Part shown: piece by piece, positions 21,510 through 31,700 of the stretch
Layout of the letters: every line of letters starts with the position of its first letter
Numbering within the stretch: the first letter of the stretch is position 1
From: an uncultured Bacilli bacterium
GTDB lineage: Bacteria > Bacillota_I > Bacilli_A > RF39 > UBA660
Direction of reading: 5' to 3'
DNA length: 54,694 nt
Assembly: GCA_944359085.1 (NCBI GenBank)
Contig: CALVSQ010000003.1
Coordinates: forward strand, 1 to 54,694
Translations under genes and position numbers: made by a program
The notes under the pieces: generated by a model
Told to the model about the DNA's origin: nothing
Database searches by the model: none
The model's input: the letters and a program-made list of their open reading frames with translations, nothing else

Positions 21510-22193
21510 ATGTTAGCAAAATTAAAGAATTTAATTATAAAATTATTTACACAAGAAATTTTTTATGTTGGTAGTGCGGACAAATTACCAGCGCCTTTAT
21601 CAAAAGAAGAAGAAATATTATATGTTACAAAGTCAATGGAAGGAGATGAAGCAGCTCGCGCTAAATTAATTGAACATAATTTAAGATTAGTAGTTTTTTT
21701 GGCTAAAAAATATGAAAATACAAAAGTTGATTTAGAAGATTTGGTAAGTATTGGAACAATTGGTTTAATTAAAGGAGTAAATACTTATAAATTAGATAAA
21801 AATATAAAACTTGCTACTTATGCTTCACGTTGTATTGATAATGAAATATTAATGTTTTTAAGAAAAAATAAAAAAAGAAAAGGTGAAGTTAGTTTTGAAG
21901 ATAGTTTAAGTTATGATACTGAAGGAAATGAATTGCATTTAGAAGATATTTTAGGAACAGATCCTGATATTGTTACTAAAGGATTGGAAGAAGAAACCAA
22001 TAGAAAGTTATTATATGAAGAGATTAATAATTTAAATAAAAGAGATAAAGAAATAATGATTTTAAGATATGGTTTATATAATAATGAAGAAAAAACACAA
22101 AAAGATGTAGCAGAATTACTTGGTATATCGCAATCATATATTTCAAGAATTGAAAAGAAAGTAATTAGAAGGCTTAAAAGAATACATCATTAA
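21510..22193 (+). CDS. sigE: Sporulation sigma factor pro-SigE
   Basis: Pro-sequence then [63 protein letters not shown]. Confidence 0.93.
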   Translation: MLAKLKNLIIKLFTQEIFYVGSADKLPAPLSKEEEILYVTKSMEGDEAARAKLIEHNLRLVVFLAKKYENTKVDLEDLVSIGTIGLIKGVNTYKLDKNIKLATYASRCIDNEILMFLRKNKKRKGEVSFEDSLSYDTEGNELHLEDILGTDPDIVTKGLEEETNRKLLYEEINNLNKRDKEIMILRYGLYNNEEKTQKDVAELLGISQSYISRIEKKVIRRLKRIHH

Positions 22194-22275
22194 GTCTTTT
22201 TATATAAATTAATAGTAATTTGACAAATAATAAATAATTTGATAAAATTACTGGGCTACGAAAGAGGGAATAGAT

Positions 22276-22884
22276 TTGAATATAGATGATGAATTCGATA
22301 TAATAATAACAAAATACTCTTTGGCTAAAGATTTAGTAGAAAATAAATTAAAAATTATGATGAATGATTTTGTAAATAAACATAATTATAATCCAATAGA
22401 ACATTTCAAAAGTAGGATTAAGAGTAAAGAAAGTATTATAAATAAATTAAATAATAAAAAATTAGATATTACAGTAGATAATATTGTTAATAATGTAAAA
22501 GATATTGTTGGAATAAGGTTAGTTTGCTCATTTTTAACTGATATTTATGATATTGTTAGCTTAATTTCCAATATATCACAATTTAATATTATTGAAAGAA
22601 AAGATTATATAACTAATCCTAAAGAAAGTGGTTATACAAGTTATCATTTAATTATTTCAGTTCCAATTAATTATAAAGGTCAAAAAGAATTTGTTAATGT
22701 TGAAATTCAAATAAGAACAGTAGCTCAAGATTTCTGGGCGTCATTAAATCATAAAATTCAGTATAAATATGAAGAAAATATTCCAAATGATATAAAAGAA
22801 GAAATGTATGAATATTCTCTAATTATAAATCAATTAGATAAAAAAATGGTCAATTTAAATAAAGTAGTTAATGGTGGTAAGTAG
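22276..22884 (+). CDS. Small alarmone synthetase (RelP/RelQ-like GTP pyrophosphokinase)
   Basis: SRIKS.ESI, DIVGIR, KDYI.NPKESGY.SYH, EIQIRT.AQDFWASL; TTG start with RBS gaggga. Confidence 0.9.
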   Translation: MNIDDEFDIIITKYSLAKDLVENKLKIMMNDFVNKHNYNPIEHFKSRIKSKESIINKLNNKKLDITVDNIVNNVKDIVGIRLVCSFLTDIYDIVSLISNISQFNIIERKDYITNPKESGYTSYHLIISVPINYKGQKEFVNVEIQIRTVAQDFWASLNHKIQYKYEENIPNDIKEEMYEYSLIINQLDKKMVNLNKVVNGGK

Positions 22885-22886
22885 TT

Positions 22887-23609
22887 ATGAATGTAGTAGA
22901 AAAATCTTTAAAATTTGCTATTTTAGCGCATAAAAATCAAGTTAGAAAAGCAGAAATAGAAAAACCTTATATAGTTCATCCTATTGATGTGGCTAATATA
23001 TTAAAAGAATATAAATGTAGTGATAATTTAATTTCAGCAGGATTATTACATGATATTTTAGAAGATACGCAATATGATTTTGAATTTTTAAAAAATGAAT
23101 TTGGTGAAGAAATTGCTAATCTTGTTAATGCAGCAACTGAACAAAATAAGGACGCAACTTGGGAAGAAAGAAAACAAGCTACAATTGATAAAATAAAAAA
23201 CTTATCTTTAGAAGAAAAAATAATTTTATGTGCTGATAAAATTAGTAATCTAGAAGATATGTATATTTTATTTAATATCAAAGGTAAAAAAGATTTTTCG
23301 TCATTCAAAAGATCAGAAAAAAAACAAAAATGGTATTATGATAATTTATATAATAGTTTTGTTTTTAACAGTAATCATGCAATTTTTGATAGATTAAAAA
23401 AATTAATTAATAAAGTTTTTAATGAAGATTTTAACCCAAATAAAAATTATTACTTAAAACAAGATGTAATAAAATTAAGTAAATATTTTAATGAAGAAGT
23501 TGAATTTGATGAAAAAATAAAAATCTATAAACAAAATGAATTAATTTGTATTTATAAAGATTTAGATAGTGCAAAAAAATATTATATTGAAAAATATAAA
23601 AATATTTAA
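22887..23609 (+). CDS. HD-domain small alarmone hydrolase (Mesh1/SAH-like)
   Basis: H..Q.RK...PYIVHP, AGLLHDILEDT, ADKISNL. Confidence 0.85.
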   Translation: MNVVEKSLKFAILAHKNQVRKAEIEKPYIVHPIDVANILKEYKCSDNLISAGLLHDILEDTQYDFEFLKNEFGEEIANLVNAATEQNKDATWEERKQATIDKIKNLSLEEKIILCADKISNLEDMYILFNIKGKKDFSSFKRSEKKQKWYYDNLYNSFVFNSNHAIFDRLKKLINKVFNEDFNPNKNYYLKQDVIKLSKYFNEEVEFDEKIKIYKQNELICIYKDLDSAKKYYIEKYKNI

Positions 23610-23745
23610 AAAATGGTGTTTATAAATTGTTATTTTGTTAAATTCAATTTTTTTTGATGTATTTAAATAATAATTTTATTGTTAAAAATTTTTCTTGACA
23701 ATGTAAAAATAATAGTGTATAAATTATATTCAAGGAGTGATAATA

Positions 23746-25767
23746 TTGAAATTAGTTATTGTTGAGTCCCCAAGTAAAAGTAAAACAATTGAAAAATATC
23801 TAGGCAAAGATTATGAAGTTTTATCTAGTAAAGGACATATAAGAGATTTATCTACTAAAGGAAAATATGGTTTGGGTGTTGATTTAGAACATGATTTTAA
23901 ACCTGATTATGTAACAATTAAAGGTAAATCAAAATTAATTAACGATTTAAAAAAAGAAGTTAAAAAAGCAGACTTTGTTTATCTTGCAACCGATCCCGAT
24001 CGTGAAGGAGAAGCAATTTCTTGGCATTTATTTGATACTTTAAATCTGAAAGATGAAAATTATCAAAGAATAGTATTTAATGAAATAACTAAAGATGCAG
24101 TTATCAATTCATTTAAACATGCTAGAAAAATAGATCAAGATTTAGTTAATAGCCAAGAAACAAGAAGAATATTAGATCGAATAATAGGTTTTAGATTAAG
24201 TAAATTAATGCAAGCTAAAACTGATGGTACTAGTGCTGGTAGAGTACAAAGCGTTGCTTTAAAATTAATCGTTGATAAAGAAAGAGAAATAAATAAATTT
24301 AATCCTGAAGAATATTGGACAATTACAGGCGTTTTTAAGGATTTTGAAGCAGATTTATTTAATTATAATAATAAAGATATTAAAATACCTAATGAAGCAA
24401 AAGCTAATGAAATATTAAATGAATTAAGTAATACATTTAAAATAGTTAGTGTTGATAAGAAAAATAAAAATAAAAAATCTAATCCACCATTTATTACAAG
24501 TACTTTACAGAGATTAGCCTCAACTAAATTAGGATTTAATGCAAAAAAAACAATGTCTTTAGCGCAAAAATTATATGAGGGAATTGAACTTAAAGATGAA
24601 ACTGTTGGTTTAATTTCTTATATGAGAACAGACTCAGTAAGATTATCTGACGAGTTTATTAAATCTACTTATGGTTACATTAAAGATAAATTTGGTGAAG
24701 AATATATTGGTTATGTTAAAGTTAGCAAAAAGACAGAGAATGTTCAAGATGCTCACGAAGCAATTAGACCAACTAGTATCAATAGAACTCCTGAAACAGT
24801 TAAACCTTATTTAACTAATGATGAATATAAATTATATAAAATGATTTATTATCGTGCTTTAGCTAGTTTAATGAAAGATGCTACTACTATCAATACTACT
24901 GTTATATTAGATAATAATAATTATCAATTTAAAGCTACTGGACAAATTATTAGTTTTGATGGTTATTTAAAAGTTTATAATGATTATGAAGAAACTAAAG
25001 ATAAAACTTTACCACCTTTAGAAACTTATAATTCTAATGTATTAGTGTCTAATGAAATAACTAAAGAACAGCATTTTACTAAACCTCCAAGTAGATATAC
25101 AGAAGCAAAATTAATTGAAGAAATGGAAAAATTAGGTATTGGTAGACCTAGTACATATGCTACAACAATGGAAACATTAAAACAAAGAAATTATGTGACA
25201 GTTGAAGATAAAAAATTTATTCCAACTGAAATTGGTATTGAAATAACTGATAAATTACAAGAATGTTTTAGTCACTTAATTAATGTTGAATATACAGCTA
25301 ATATGGAAAACGATTTAGATAAAATAGCTGAAGGAAAAGAAAATTGGGTAAAAACTTTAAGAGAATTTTATAATGATTTTGAACCTGCTTTAAAAAATGC
25401 TTTTGATTTGTTGCCTAAAAAAGAAGCTACTAAAACAGGTGAGGTATGTCCTGAATGTGGTAGTGATTTAGTTATTAGAAAAGGAAAATATGGTGAATTT
25501 ACAGCTTGTAGTAACTATCCTAATTGTAAATATATTAAACCAAGTGAAGTAAAAGAAATTGTTAACTGTCCTAATTGTGATGGCAAAATAATTGAGAAAA
25601 AAAGTAAAAAAGGAAAAGTATTTTATGGATGTAATAATTTTCCTAAATGTAAAACTGCTTTTTGGGATAAACCAATAGATGAAAAATGTCCTAACTGTAA
25701 TAGTTTGTTAACTATTAAAGGAAAAAGAATAAAATGCTCTAATTGTGACTATATTAAAGAAGATTAA
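23746..25767 (+). CDS. topA: DNA topoisomerase I
   Basis: LVIVESPSK, ATDPDREGEAI, SAGRVQS, ISYMRTDS, C-terminal C4 zinc ribbons; TTG start 8 nt after aaggag. Confidence 0.98.
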   Translation: MKLVIVESPSKSKTIEKYLGKDYEVLSSKGHIRDLSTKGKYGLGVDLEHDFKPDYVTIKGKSKLINDLKKEVKKADFVYLATDPDREGEAISWHLFDTLNLKDENYQRIVFNEITKDAVINSFKHARKIDQDLVNSQETRRILDRIIGFRLSKLMQAKTDGTSAGRVQSVALKLIVDKEREINKFNPEEYWTITGVFKDFEADLFNYNNKDIKIPNEAKANEILNELSNTFKIVSVDKKNKNKKSNPPFITSTLQRLASTKLGFNAKKTMSLAQKLYEGIELKDETVGLISYMRTDSVRLSDEFIKSTYGYIKDKFGEEYIGYVKVSKKTENVQDAHEAIRPTSINRTPETVKPYLTNDEYKLYKMIYYRALASLMKDATTINTTVILDNNNYQFKATGQIISFDGYLKVYNDYEETKDKTLPPLETYNSNVLVSNEITKEQHFTKPPSRYTEAKLIEEMEKLGIGRPSTYATTMETLKQRNYVTVEDKKFIPTEIGIEITDKLQECFSHLINVEYTANMENDLDKIAEGKENWVKTLREFYNDFEPALKNAFDLLPKKEATKTGEVCPECGSDLVIRKGKYGEFTACSNYPNCKYIKPSEVKEIVNCPNCDGKIIEKKSKKGKVFYGCNNFPKCKTAFWDKPIDEKCPNCNSLLTIKGKRIKCSNCDYIKED

Positions 25768-25828
25768 ATTCTTCTTTTTTTCTTGACTATATTTTTTAAT
25801 TTTTGTATACTTTTAGTAGGTGAATAGT

Positions 25829-26656
25829 ATGGAAAGAACATTGAGTTTAGTTTTAGATGATGAAGGTAAATTGAGTTTAACTTTAATGCGTGATGATGCT
25901 GTTAAAATAGATGAATTTACTAGTAAGAAATTTGAAAATTCTGATCAAATTAGAGATTATTTTAGAAAACAAATAGATGAATTTTTAGAAAAAAATAAAA
26001 ATTATATTGATATAGTTTCTAAAAATACTGGAAAAAAATTTAGAGGCAGAATTGTTGTTTTAGAAGCAAGAGAAAATAATAATTCTATAGAATATATTGA
26101 AAAAAGAGTACTATATAAAAAACATTTAGTAGCATTTAAGGAATTAGTTAAAGATAAAAATACAATGAAAAGATTTTTACAATTAGAACGAATTGGTTAT
26201 AATGAACGTGGTTTTAGAAAATTAATTTCACAACATTTATGTCATGAAATTAAATATACAAATTATCGTGTCGTTAGTCAAACTGATTTTTTAAAAAAAG
26301 AATTAAAAAAAGATAAAAATAATTTTTATGATATATTAAGAATTATAATTAAAGCTTATGAAATTGAAAGAAAATATAGAAAATTAAAAACAATTGATGC
26401 ATTGTATAAAGACTATCAAAATAAAAAGAAATCTTCACAAGTTGAACAAAGAAAAACCATAATTGATGATGAAATGACATTTCAAAAAGAATCTCTTTCT
26501 GCTAAAACAGGAATAATAGAAGATAATGATAAATTATATATAATTATTGATGGGCAATATATTCCAATAGAAGAAGCTCCAGATATAGATGAACTAAATA
26601 AATACGATACAGATTTTAGACCAGATGGGTTAGGTCCAAATGAAAGAATTAGATGA
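25829..26656 (+). CDS. Hypothetical protein
   Basis: Long ORF with RBS aggtga, overlapping the xerC start. Confidence 0.75.
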   Translation: MERTLSLVLDDEGKLSLTLMRDDAVKIDEFTSKKFENSDQIRDYFRKQIDEFLEKNKNYIDIVSKNTGKKFRGRIVVLEARENNNSIEYIEKRVLYKKHLVAFKELVKDKNTMKRFLQLERIGYNERGFRKLISQHLCHEIKYTNYRVVSQTDFLKKELKKDKNNFYDILRIIIKAYEIERKYRKLKTIDALYKDYQNKKKSSQVEQRKTIIDDEMTFQKESLSAKTGIIEDNDKLYIIIDGQYIPIEEAPDIDELNKYDTDFRPDGLGPNERIR

Positions 26657-27512
26657 TTTCTATAAATATTTAGAAAACAAAGGATATTCTAATAATACCA
26701 TTTTAAGTTATCAAAAAGATTTAAATCAGTTTAAAGATTATTGTAAAAATATTAGTATAAAAAAAATTGATTATAATTTTATTAGATCATATTTACAATT
26801 TTTACACAACAAAAAATACACTAACAAAAGTATTGCTAGGCATATAAGCAGTTTAAAAAGTTTTTTTAAATATTTGACTAAAACTGAAGTTATTAAAGAA
26901 AATCCTTGTTTATTAATTAGTAATCCTAAAATAGAAAAAAAATTGCCTAATTACATTAATTATAATGATTTAGAAGTATTATTTAGTATACCTGACAAAA
27001 ATGATGTATTGGGTTTGAGAAATTTACTTATTTTAGAGCTTTTATATTCATGTGGTGTACGTGTTAGTGAATTAGTTAATATTAAAATAAGTGATATTGA
27101 TTTTAGTAATAATCGTATTCTTATTTTAGGTAAAGGTAATAAAGAAAGATTTGTTTTATATGGTAAAGTATGTAGTAATTTATTAAAAGAATATTTAAAT
27201 AAAAGTAGAAGTAAATTAAATAAAGATAGTGATTATTTATTATTAAATAAATTTGGTAATAAAATAACTGATAGAGCTATTAGAATGATTATTGATGATA
27301 TTGTTAAAAAAAGTAGTTTAAAATTAAATATATCACCCCATACTTTAAGACATACTTTCGCAACTCATTTATTAAATGAAGGGGCCGATTTGAAAATTGT
27401 TCAGGAGTTATTAGGTCATGAAAATATATCTACTACTGGTATATATACTCATGTTTCTAATGAACATTTAAGAAAAGTTTATTTAGATGCTCATCCTAGA
27501 GCTAGGAGGTAG
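26640..27512 (+). CDS. xerC: Tyrosine recombinase XerC/CodV
   Basis: LYSCGVRVSEL, GKGNKER, SPHTLRHTFATHLL, LLGH, IYTHV; located near topA as in Bacilli. Confidence 0.9.
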   Translation: MKELDDFYKYLENKGYSNNTILSYQKDLNQFKDYCKNISIKKIDYNFIRSYLQFLHNKKYTNKSIARHISSLKSFFKYLTKTEVIKENPCLLISNPKIEKKLPNYINYNDLEVLFSIPDKNDVLGLRNLLILELLYSCGVRVSELVNIKISDIDFSNNRILILGKGNKERFVLYGKVCSNLLKEYLNKSRSKLNKDSDYLLLNKFGNKITDRAIRMIIDDIVKKSSLKLNISPHTLRHTFATHLLNEGADLKIVQELLGHENISTTGIYTHVSNEHLRKVYLDAHPRARR

Positions 27513-27514
27513 TT

Positions 27515-28120
27515 ATGGCAAAATTATATTTTAATTATGGAGCAATGAGTGCTGGTAAAACAATTGAAGTAATTGAAACAGCCTATAAATATAATTCAAG
27601 AGGGATGCACGCTTTATTAATTAAACCATCTATAGATACAAAAGGAAATGATTCAGTTACATCAAGAATTGGGATGTCAAAAGAAGTTGATATTGTTTTA
27701 AAACCAGAAGATAGTTTAATTGAATATATTAAAAAATATGATAATTTGACTTGTTTAGTAATTGATGAAGCTCAATTTTTAACAGAAAAACAAGTTTACG
27801 AATTAGTAATTATAACTAAAAACTTTGATATTCCAGCTATATGTTATGGTTTAAAAGTTGATTTTAAAGGTAATTTATTTAAAGGAAGTGAGGCTTTAAT
27901 AAGATATGCAGACTCTTTAAATGAATTAGTAGCTATTTGTGATTGCGGTAAAAAAGCTAGATTTAATGCAAGAAAAGTAAATGGGGAATATGTTTATGAT
28001 GGAGAACAGGTATTAATAGGTGCAGATGAATCATATGATCCGTTATGTGAGACTTGTTTTTTGAATAAAGTTTTAATACCTCATTCTAAAGAATTTCAGA
28101 AAATATTGAAAAGGGGTTAA
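27515..28120 (+). CDS. tdk: Thymidine kinase
   Basis: YGAMSAGKT, VIDEAQFL, YGLKVDF, Zn-binding CDCG...C..C. Confidence 0.95.
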   Translation: MAKLYFNYGAMSAGKTIEVIETAYKYNSRGMHALLIKPSIDTKGNDSVTSRIGMSKEVDIVLKPEDSLIEYIKKYDNLTCLVIDEAQFLTEKQVYELVIITKNFDIPAICYGLKVDFKGNLFKGSEALIRYADSLNELVAICDCGKKARFNARKVNGEYVYDGEQVLIGADESYDPLCETCFLNKVLIPHSKEFQKILKRG

Positions 28121-28122
28121 TT

Positions 28123-29763
28123 ATGAAAAAGATTATATTTTTAATTGTTACGTTTTTATTTAGTATTAGTGTTGTTTCAGCTAAAAATAATATTTATAGT
28201 ATTGATATAAAAGTTTATTTAGATGAAGAAGGAAATGCTGATATAGAAGAAATTTGGAATGTTAAAGGCTCTGATGGAACTGAATGGTATAAAGTTTTAA
28301 ATAACCTGGGTAATATGGAATTATCTAACTATAAAGTTTATATGGATGGTAATTTATTAAATTATAAAGAATGGGATGTTGATGAATCATTAAGTGAAAA
28401 AAAAGGATATTATGGTATTAATAAAACTTATGATGGATTAGAATTATGTTTTGGTAAATATGATTATAATAAACATACATTTAAATTAGAATATGAATTA
28501 AGTAATTTTATATTTAATACTGATGATGCTCAAGTTATTTATTATAATTTTATAGATAAATTATCTAATGTTAATTTTGATAGTTTTACATTAGAAATAT
28601 CAAGTTTTTATGAATTTCCTGATACATTAGATGTTTGGGGTTACGGATATAAAGGATATGCTTATGTTTATGATGGAAAAATATATATGTCAAATGAATC
28701 AGATATGAATGGTAATTATGCTGTTTTATTAGCTAAATTTCCTTTGAATACTTTTAATACTACTAATAAAACTAAATATGATACATTTGAAGAAGTTTAT
28801 AATATAGCAGAACAAGGTACTTTTGATTATGATTATTCTAATAATACATTTGGCATTTTAGATTTTATATTTGGCATTTTAAATATTTTATTATGCTTTC
28901 TTCCATTTATAATTGTTTATTTAATAGCACGCAGTACTTTATATGGATATAAAGATAATAAAGTAATTAATAAAAAAAATACACCATTATTTAGAGATAT
29001 TCCTTGTAATAAAGATATTTATTATGCTAATGCATTGGCTAGTTTAAATAAATGGTCAAAATCTTCTGCAAGTATTTTAGGAGCAATATTATTAAAATGG
29101 ATTAGAGAAAATAAAGTTCAAATATTAAAAGAAAAATCTACTAAAATTGTTCTTAATAAAGATATCAAATTAGATATCAAAGAAGAACAAGAATTATATG
29201 ATATGATGTATAAAGCTAGTGTTGATGGAATATTAGAATCCAAAGAATTAGAAAAGTGGGCTAAAAATAATTATAGTAAATATTTAAATTTATTTGATAA
29301 AATTAAAAATAATAAGATTAGAGAATTAAAAGAACAAGGTCATATTTATAAAAGAACTAATCGCAAAGAATGTAAATACCAAAATGTCATGGATGATATT
29401 TTATATGAAGATTCTAAAAAGTTATATGGTTTAAAATTGTTTTTAGAAGAATTTTCTTCTATTGACACAAAAGAAGCTATTGAAGTTAAACTATGGGATG
29501 AATATTTAATGTTTGCTTATATATTTGGTATAGCTGATAAAGTAGCTAAACAATTTAAAAATTTATATCCTGAATATGTTGAAAACTTAGATAATGTTGA
29601 TTTTGATACTATTATATTTTTAAATACTATTTCAACTAGATCAGTATCTGCAGCTTCAACTGCAAGAAGTAGAGCAGAGTCTTATTCATCTGGCGGTGGT
29701 GGATTCTCATCAGGTGGCGGAGGAGGAGGTTCCTTCGGTGGTGGTGGCGGTGGAAGCCGTTAA
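28123..29763 (+). CDS. DUF2207-family membrane protein
   Basis: Signal peptide, internal TM, LWDEYLMFAYIFGIAD, Gly/Ser-rich tail SSGGGGFSSGGGGGG. Confidence 0.85.
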   Translation: MKKIIFLIVTFLFSISVVSAKNNIYSIDIKVYLDEEGNADIEEIWNVKGSDGTEWYKVLNNLGNMELSNYKVYMDGNLLNYKEWDVDESLSEKKGYYGINKTYDGLELCFGKYDYNKHTFKLEYELSNFIFNTDDAQVIYYNFIDKLSNVNFDSFTLEISSFYEFPDTLDVWGYGYKGYAYVYDGKIYMSNESDMNGNYAVLLAKFPLNTFNTTNKTKYDTFEEVYNIAEQGTFDYDYSNNTFGILDFIFGILNILLCFLPFIIVYLIARSTLYGYKDNKVINKKNTPLFRDIPCNKDIYYANALASLNKWSKSSASILGAILLKWIRENKVQILKEKSTKIVLNKDIKLDIKEEQELYDMMYKASVDGILESKELEKWAKNNYSKYLNLFDKIKNNKIRELKEQGHIYKRTNRKECKYQNVMDDILYEDSKKLYGLKLFLEEFSSIDTKEAIEVKLWDEYLMFAYIFGIADKVAKQFKNLYPEYVENLDNVDFDTIIFLNTISTRSVSAASTARSRAESYSSGGGGFSSGGGGGGSFGGGGGGSR

Positions 29764-29863
29764 TAGACCTTTTTGTACACGTGTAATAGGTGTTTAAAAT
29801 AAAAAATAATATATATTTAATTTAAGATAATAAAGGTATCAAATAATAGAAGGGAGAAAAAAT

Positions 29864-31603
29864 ATGAAAAATAAAAAAAACGGTTTTACATTAATAGAAT
29901 TATTAGCTGTAATTGTAATATTAGCAATCGTCGCTTTAATTGCAATACCTATTGTTTTAGATATAATAGATGATGCAAGGATATCTGCCGGTAATTCAGA
30001 AGCATACATGATATTAAGTAGTATAAATAATTATTGTGAAAGTGAAGAAATGAAATATCAAATAGATAATAGTTATGACAAAATATGTACCTCAAGTATG
30101 AATGTAGGTAATGTAAAAGATATGATTAATTTAGGGAATGCTGAAATAAAAGAAATAGCATATGATGGAGAAAAATTAACAACATTAGTTATAGAAAGTA
30201 ATAATCATAAATTTACATTATGTCCAAGTGGCACATTTGCTATGGATGATGAGAAGTGTGATGGCGAAGTTGGATTAGTAGGAATTTCAATGTTAGAAAA
30301 AACTAAAGAATTAGTATATGAAAATGAGACATGTAAAACAGATGGAACAACATATCAATACATGGGTGGCTGTTATTTAAAAGGGAATCCAAATAATAAT
30401 TACATTTGGTATTCCGGATTCTTATGGCGTATCATGGGAATAAATGCTGATAAAGAATCAGTAAAATTAATATTAGATGAAAGCGTAACAGCAATTCCTT
30501 ATCATGAGGGTAGTTCAAATTGGAACGGAAGTTATGCTAAAGATTGGTTAAATAATTATTTTTATAAAAGATTAAAAGGAAATAACATAATAAAAGAAGT
30601 AACATGGTGTAGTGAAACTATCACGAATGAAAATAGTGCAAGAACAGAATGCACAACGAATTTGTCAACTGCCTATGTAGGTTTAATAACATTAGATGAA
30701 TATAATTTAGCAGGAGGATCAAGTTCATATTTAAATATGGGTCAATATCAATGGACAATGACACCATATGATGATTATTATGTATGGGACATTAGCAACG
30801 ATGGCAACACCTATTTTTATGGAGCTTCCGATAAAGGTGGATTGCGTGCTGTTATAAATGTAAAACTTGATGCCACAATTACCGGTGGAAATGGTACTTT
30901 AGGAGAAATTTGGAGTAGTGAATCTGGACCATATATTTTAAATGAAGTTAAAAATATTGAAATAACAGGAAAATTAAATGAAAAATCAACAAGTGGTGAA
31001 TATGTATTATTTGCTGGTAAGAAATATCGAGTAGTAGATAAAGATAGTGATGGTAATACAAAATTAATATTAGATGGGTACTATGAAGAAAAAGATGATA
31101 TTCCATATACTATGAAATATGGTAACGATAATTTGTTTACAAAAACCCAAGGAATTGGATTGAAACTAAATATAGATGTGTTAGATTGGTTAATCGCAAA
31201 CAGTGATACAGAAAATAGGAATAAATTAGTAGTAGACTACACTTGGTATCAAAACAATTTTGAGTATGGTGATAGCTATACAATTTCATTAGAAGAAACA
31301 AACCCAACAAGAAGTGTAAATTCAACGATAGGATTAATAAGAGTCGGCGAAATGCTATCTGGACAAAGCAGTAGTGTATTGACTAAAGGTTATACAACAA
31401 CAAGCAATTTTAATAATATATCTACCTATTGGACAATGACACCAGATACAACTAGTTCTAGTGCATGGGCTGTTGCCTATGATGGTAATGCTTTCAAAAA
31501 TGGTGTGTCTAGTATTTATAGTATTCGTCCCGTTATAGTCGTAACCGCTGATATCACAATTACAAAAGGTAATGGCACTTGGAGTAACCCATATGAAATA
31601 TAA
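29864..31603 (+). CDS. Type IV pilin-like protein with tandem CLec/DUF6273-like domains (paralog of 12459)
   Basis: KKNG|FTLIELL; first ~130 aa closely similar to 12459; domains ending GLRAVINV...GNGT and SIRPVIVV...GNGTWSNPY. Confidence 0.85.
   Translation: MKNKKNGFTLIELLAVIVILAIVALIAIPIVLDIIDDARISAGNSEAYMILSSINNYCESEEMKYQIDNSYDKICTSSMNVGNVKDMINLGNAEIKEIAYDGEKLTTLVIESNNHKFTLCPSGTFAMDDEKCDGEVGLVGISMLEKTKELVYENETCKTDGTTYQYMGGCYLKGNPNNNYIWYSGFLWRIMGINADKESVKLILDESVTAIPYHEGSSNWNGSYAKDWLNNYFYKRLKGNNIIKEVTWCSETITNENSARTECTTNLSTAYVGLITLDEYNLAGGSSSYLNMGQYQWTMTPYDDYYVWDISNDGNTYFYGASDKGGLRAVINVKLDATITGGNGTLGEIWSSESGPYILNEVKNIEITGKLNEKSTSGEYVLFAGKKYRVVDKDSDGNTKLILDGYYEEKDDIPYTMKYGNDNLFTKTQGIGLKLNIDVLDWLIANSDTENRNKLVVDYTWYQNNFEYGDSYTISLEETNPTRSVNSTIGLIRVGEMLSGQSSSVLTKGYTTTSNFNNISTYWTMTPDTTSSSAWAVAYDGNAFKNGVSSIYSIRPVIVVTADITITKGNGTWSNPYEI
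30206..30238 (+). repeat. 33-bp block identical to 12792-12824
   Basis: cataaatttacattatgtccaagtggcacattt. Confidence 0.95.
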
Positions 31604-31620
31604 AATAGAAAGAAATATGT

Positions 31621-31647
31621 AAAAAGAATAAATTTTATTCTTTTTTT
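31621..31647 (+). terminator. Intrinsic terminator
   Basis: aaaaagaataaa-t-tttattcttttt. Confidence 0.65.
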
Positions 31648-31700
31648 ATTGCATATATGCTATAATTTAAGTGTGTTAGATAATGAGGAGGGCAAGATAT

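Noticed and set aside
26640-27512. XerC as a shufflon invertase or phage integrase acting on the pilin genes
   Set aside because: Typical housekeeping XerC near topA; all pilin genes are co-oriented with no inverted cassettes or att sites seen.
29690-29760. GC-rich GGN repeat tract
   Set aside because: Encodes the Gly-rich tail normal for DUF2207 proteins.
29771-29786. ttgtacacgtgtaata as a parS site
   Set aside because: About four mismatches to TGTTNCACGTGAAACA and a single copy; more likely part of a hairpin after the DUF2207 gene.
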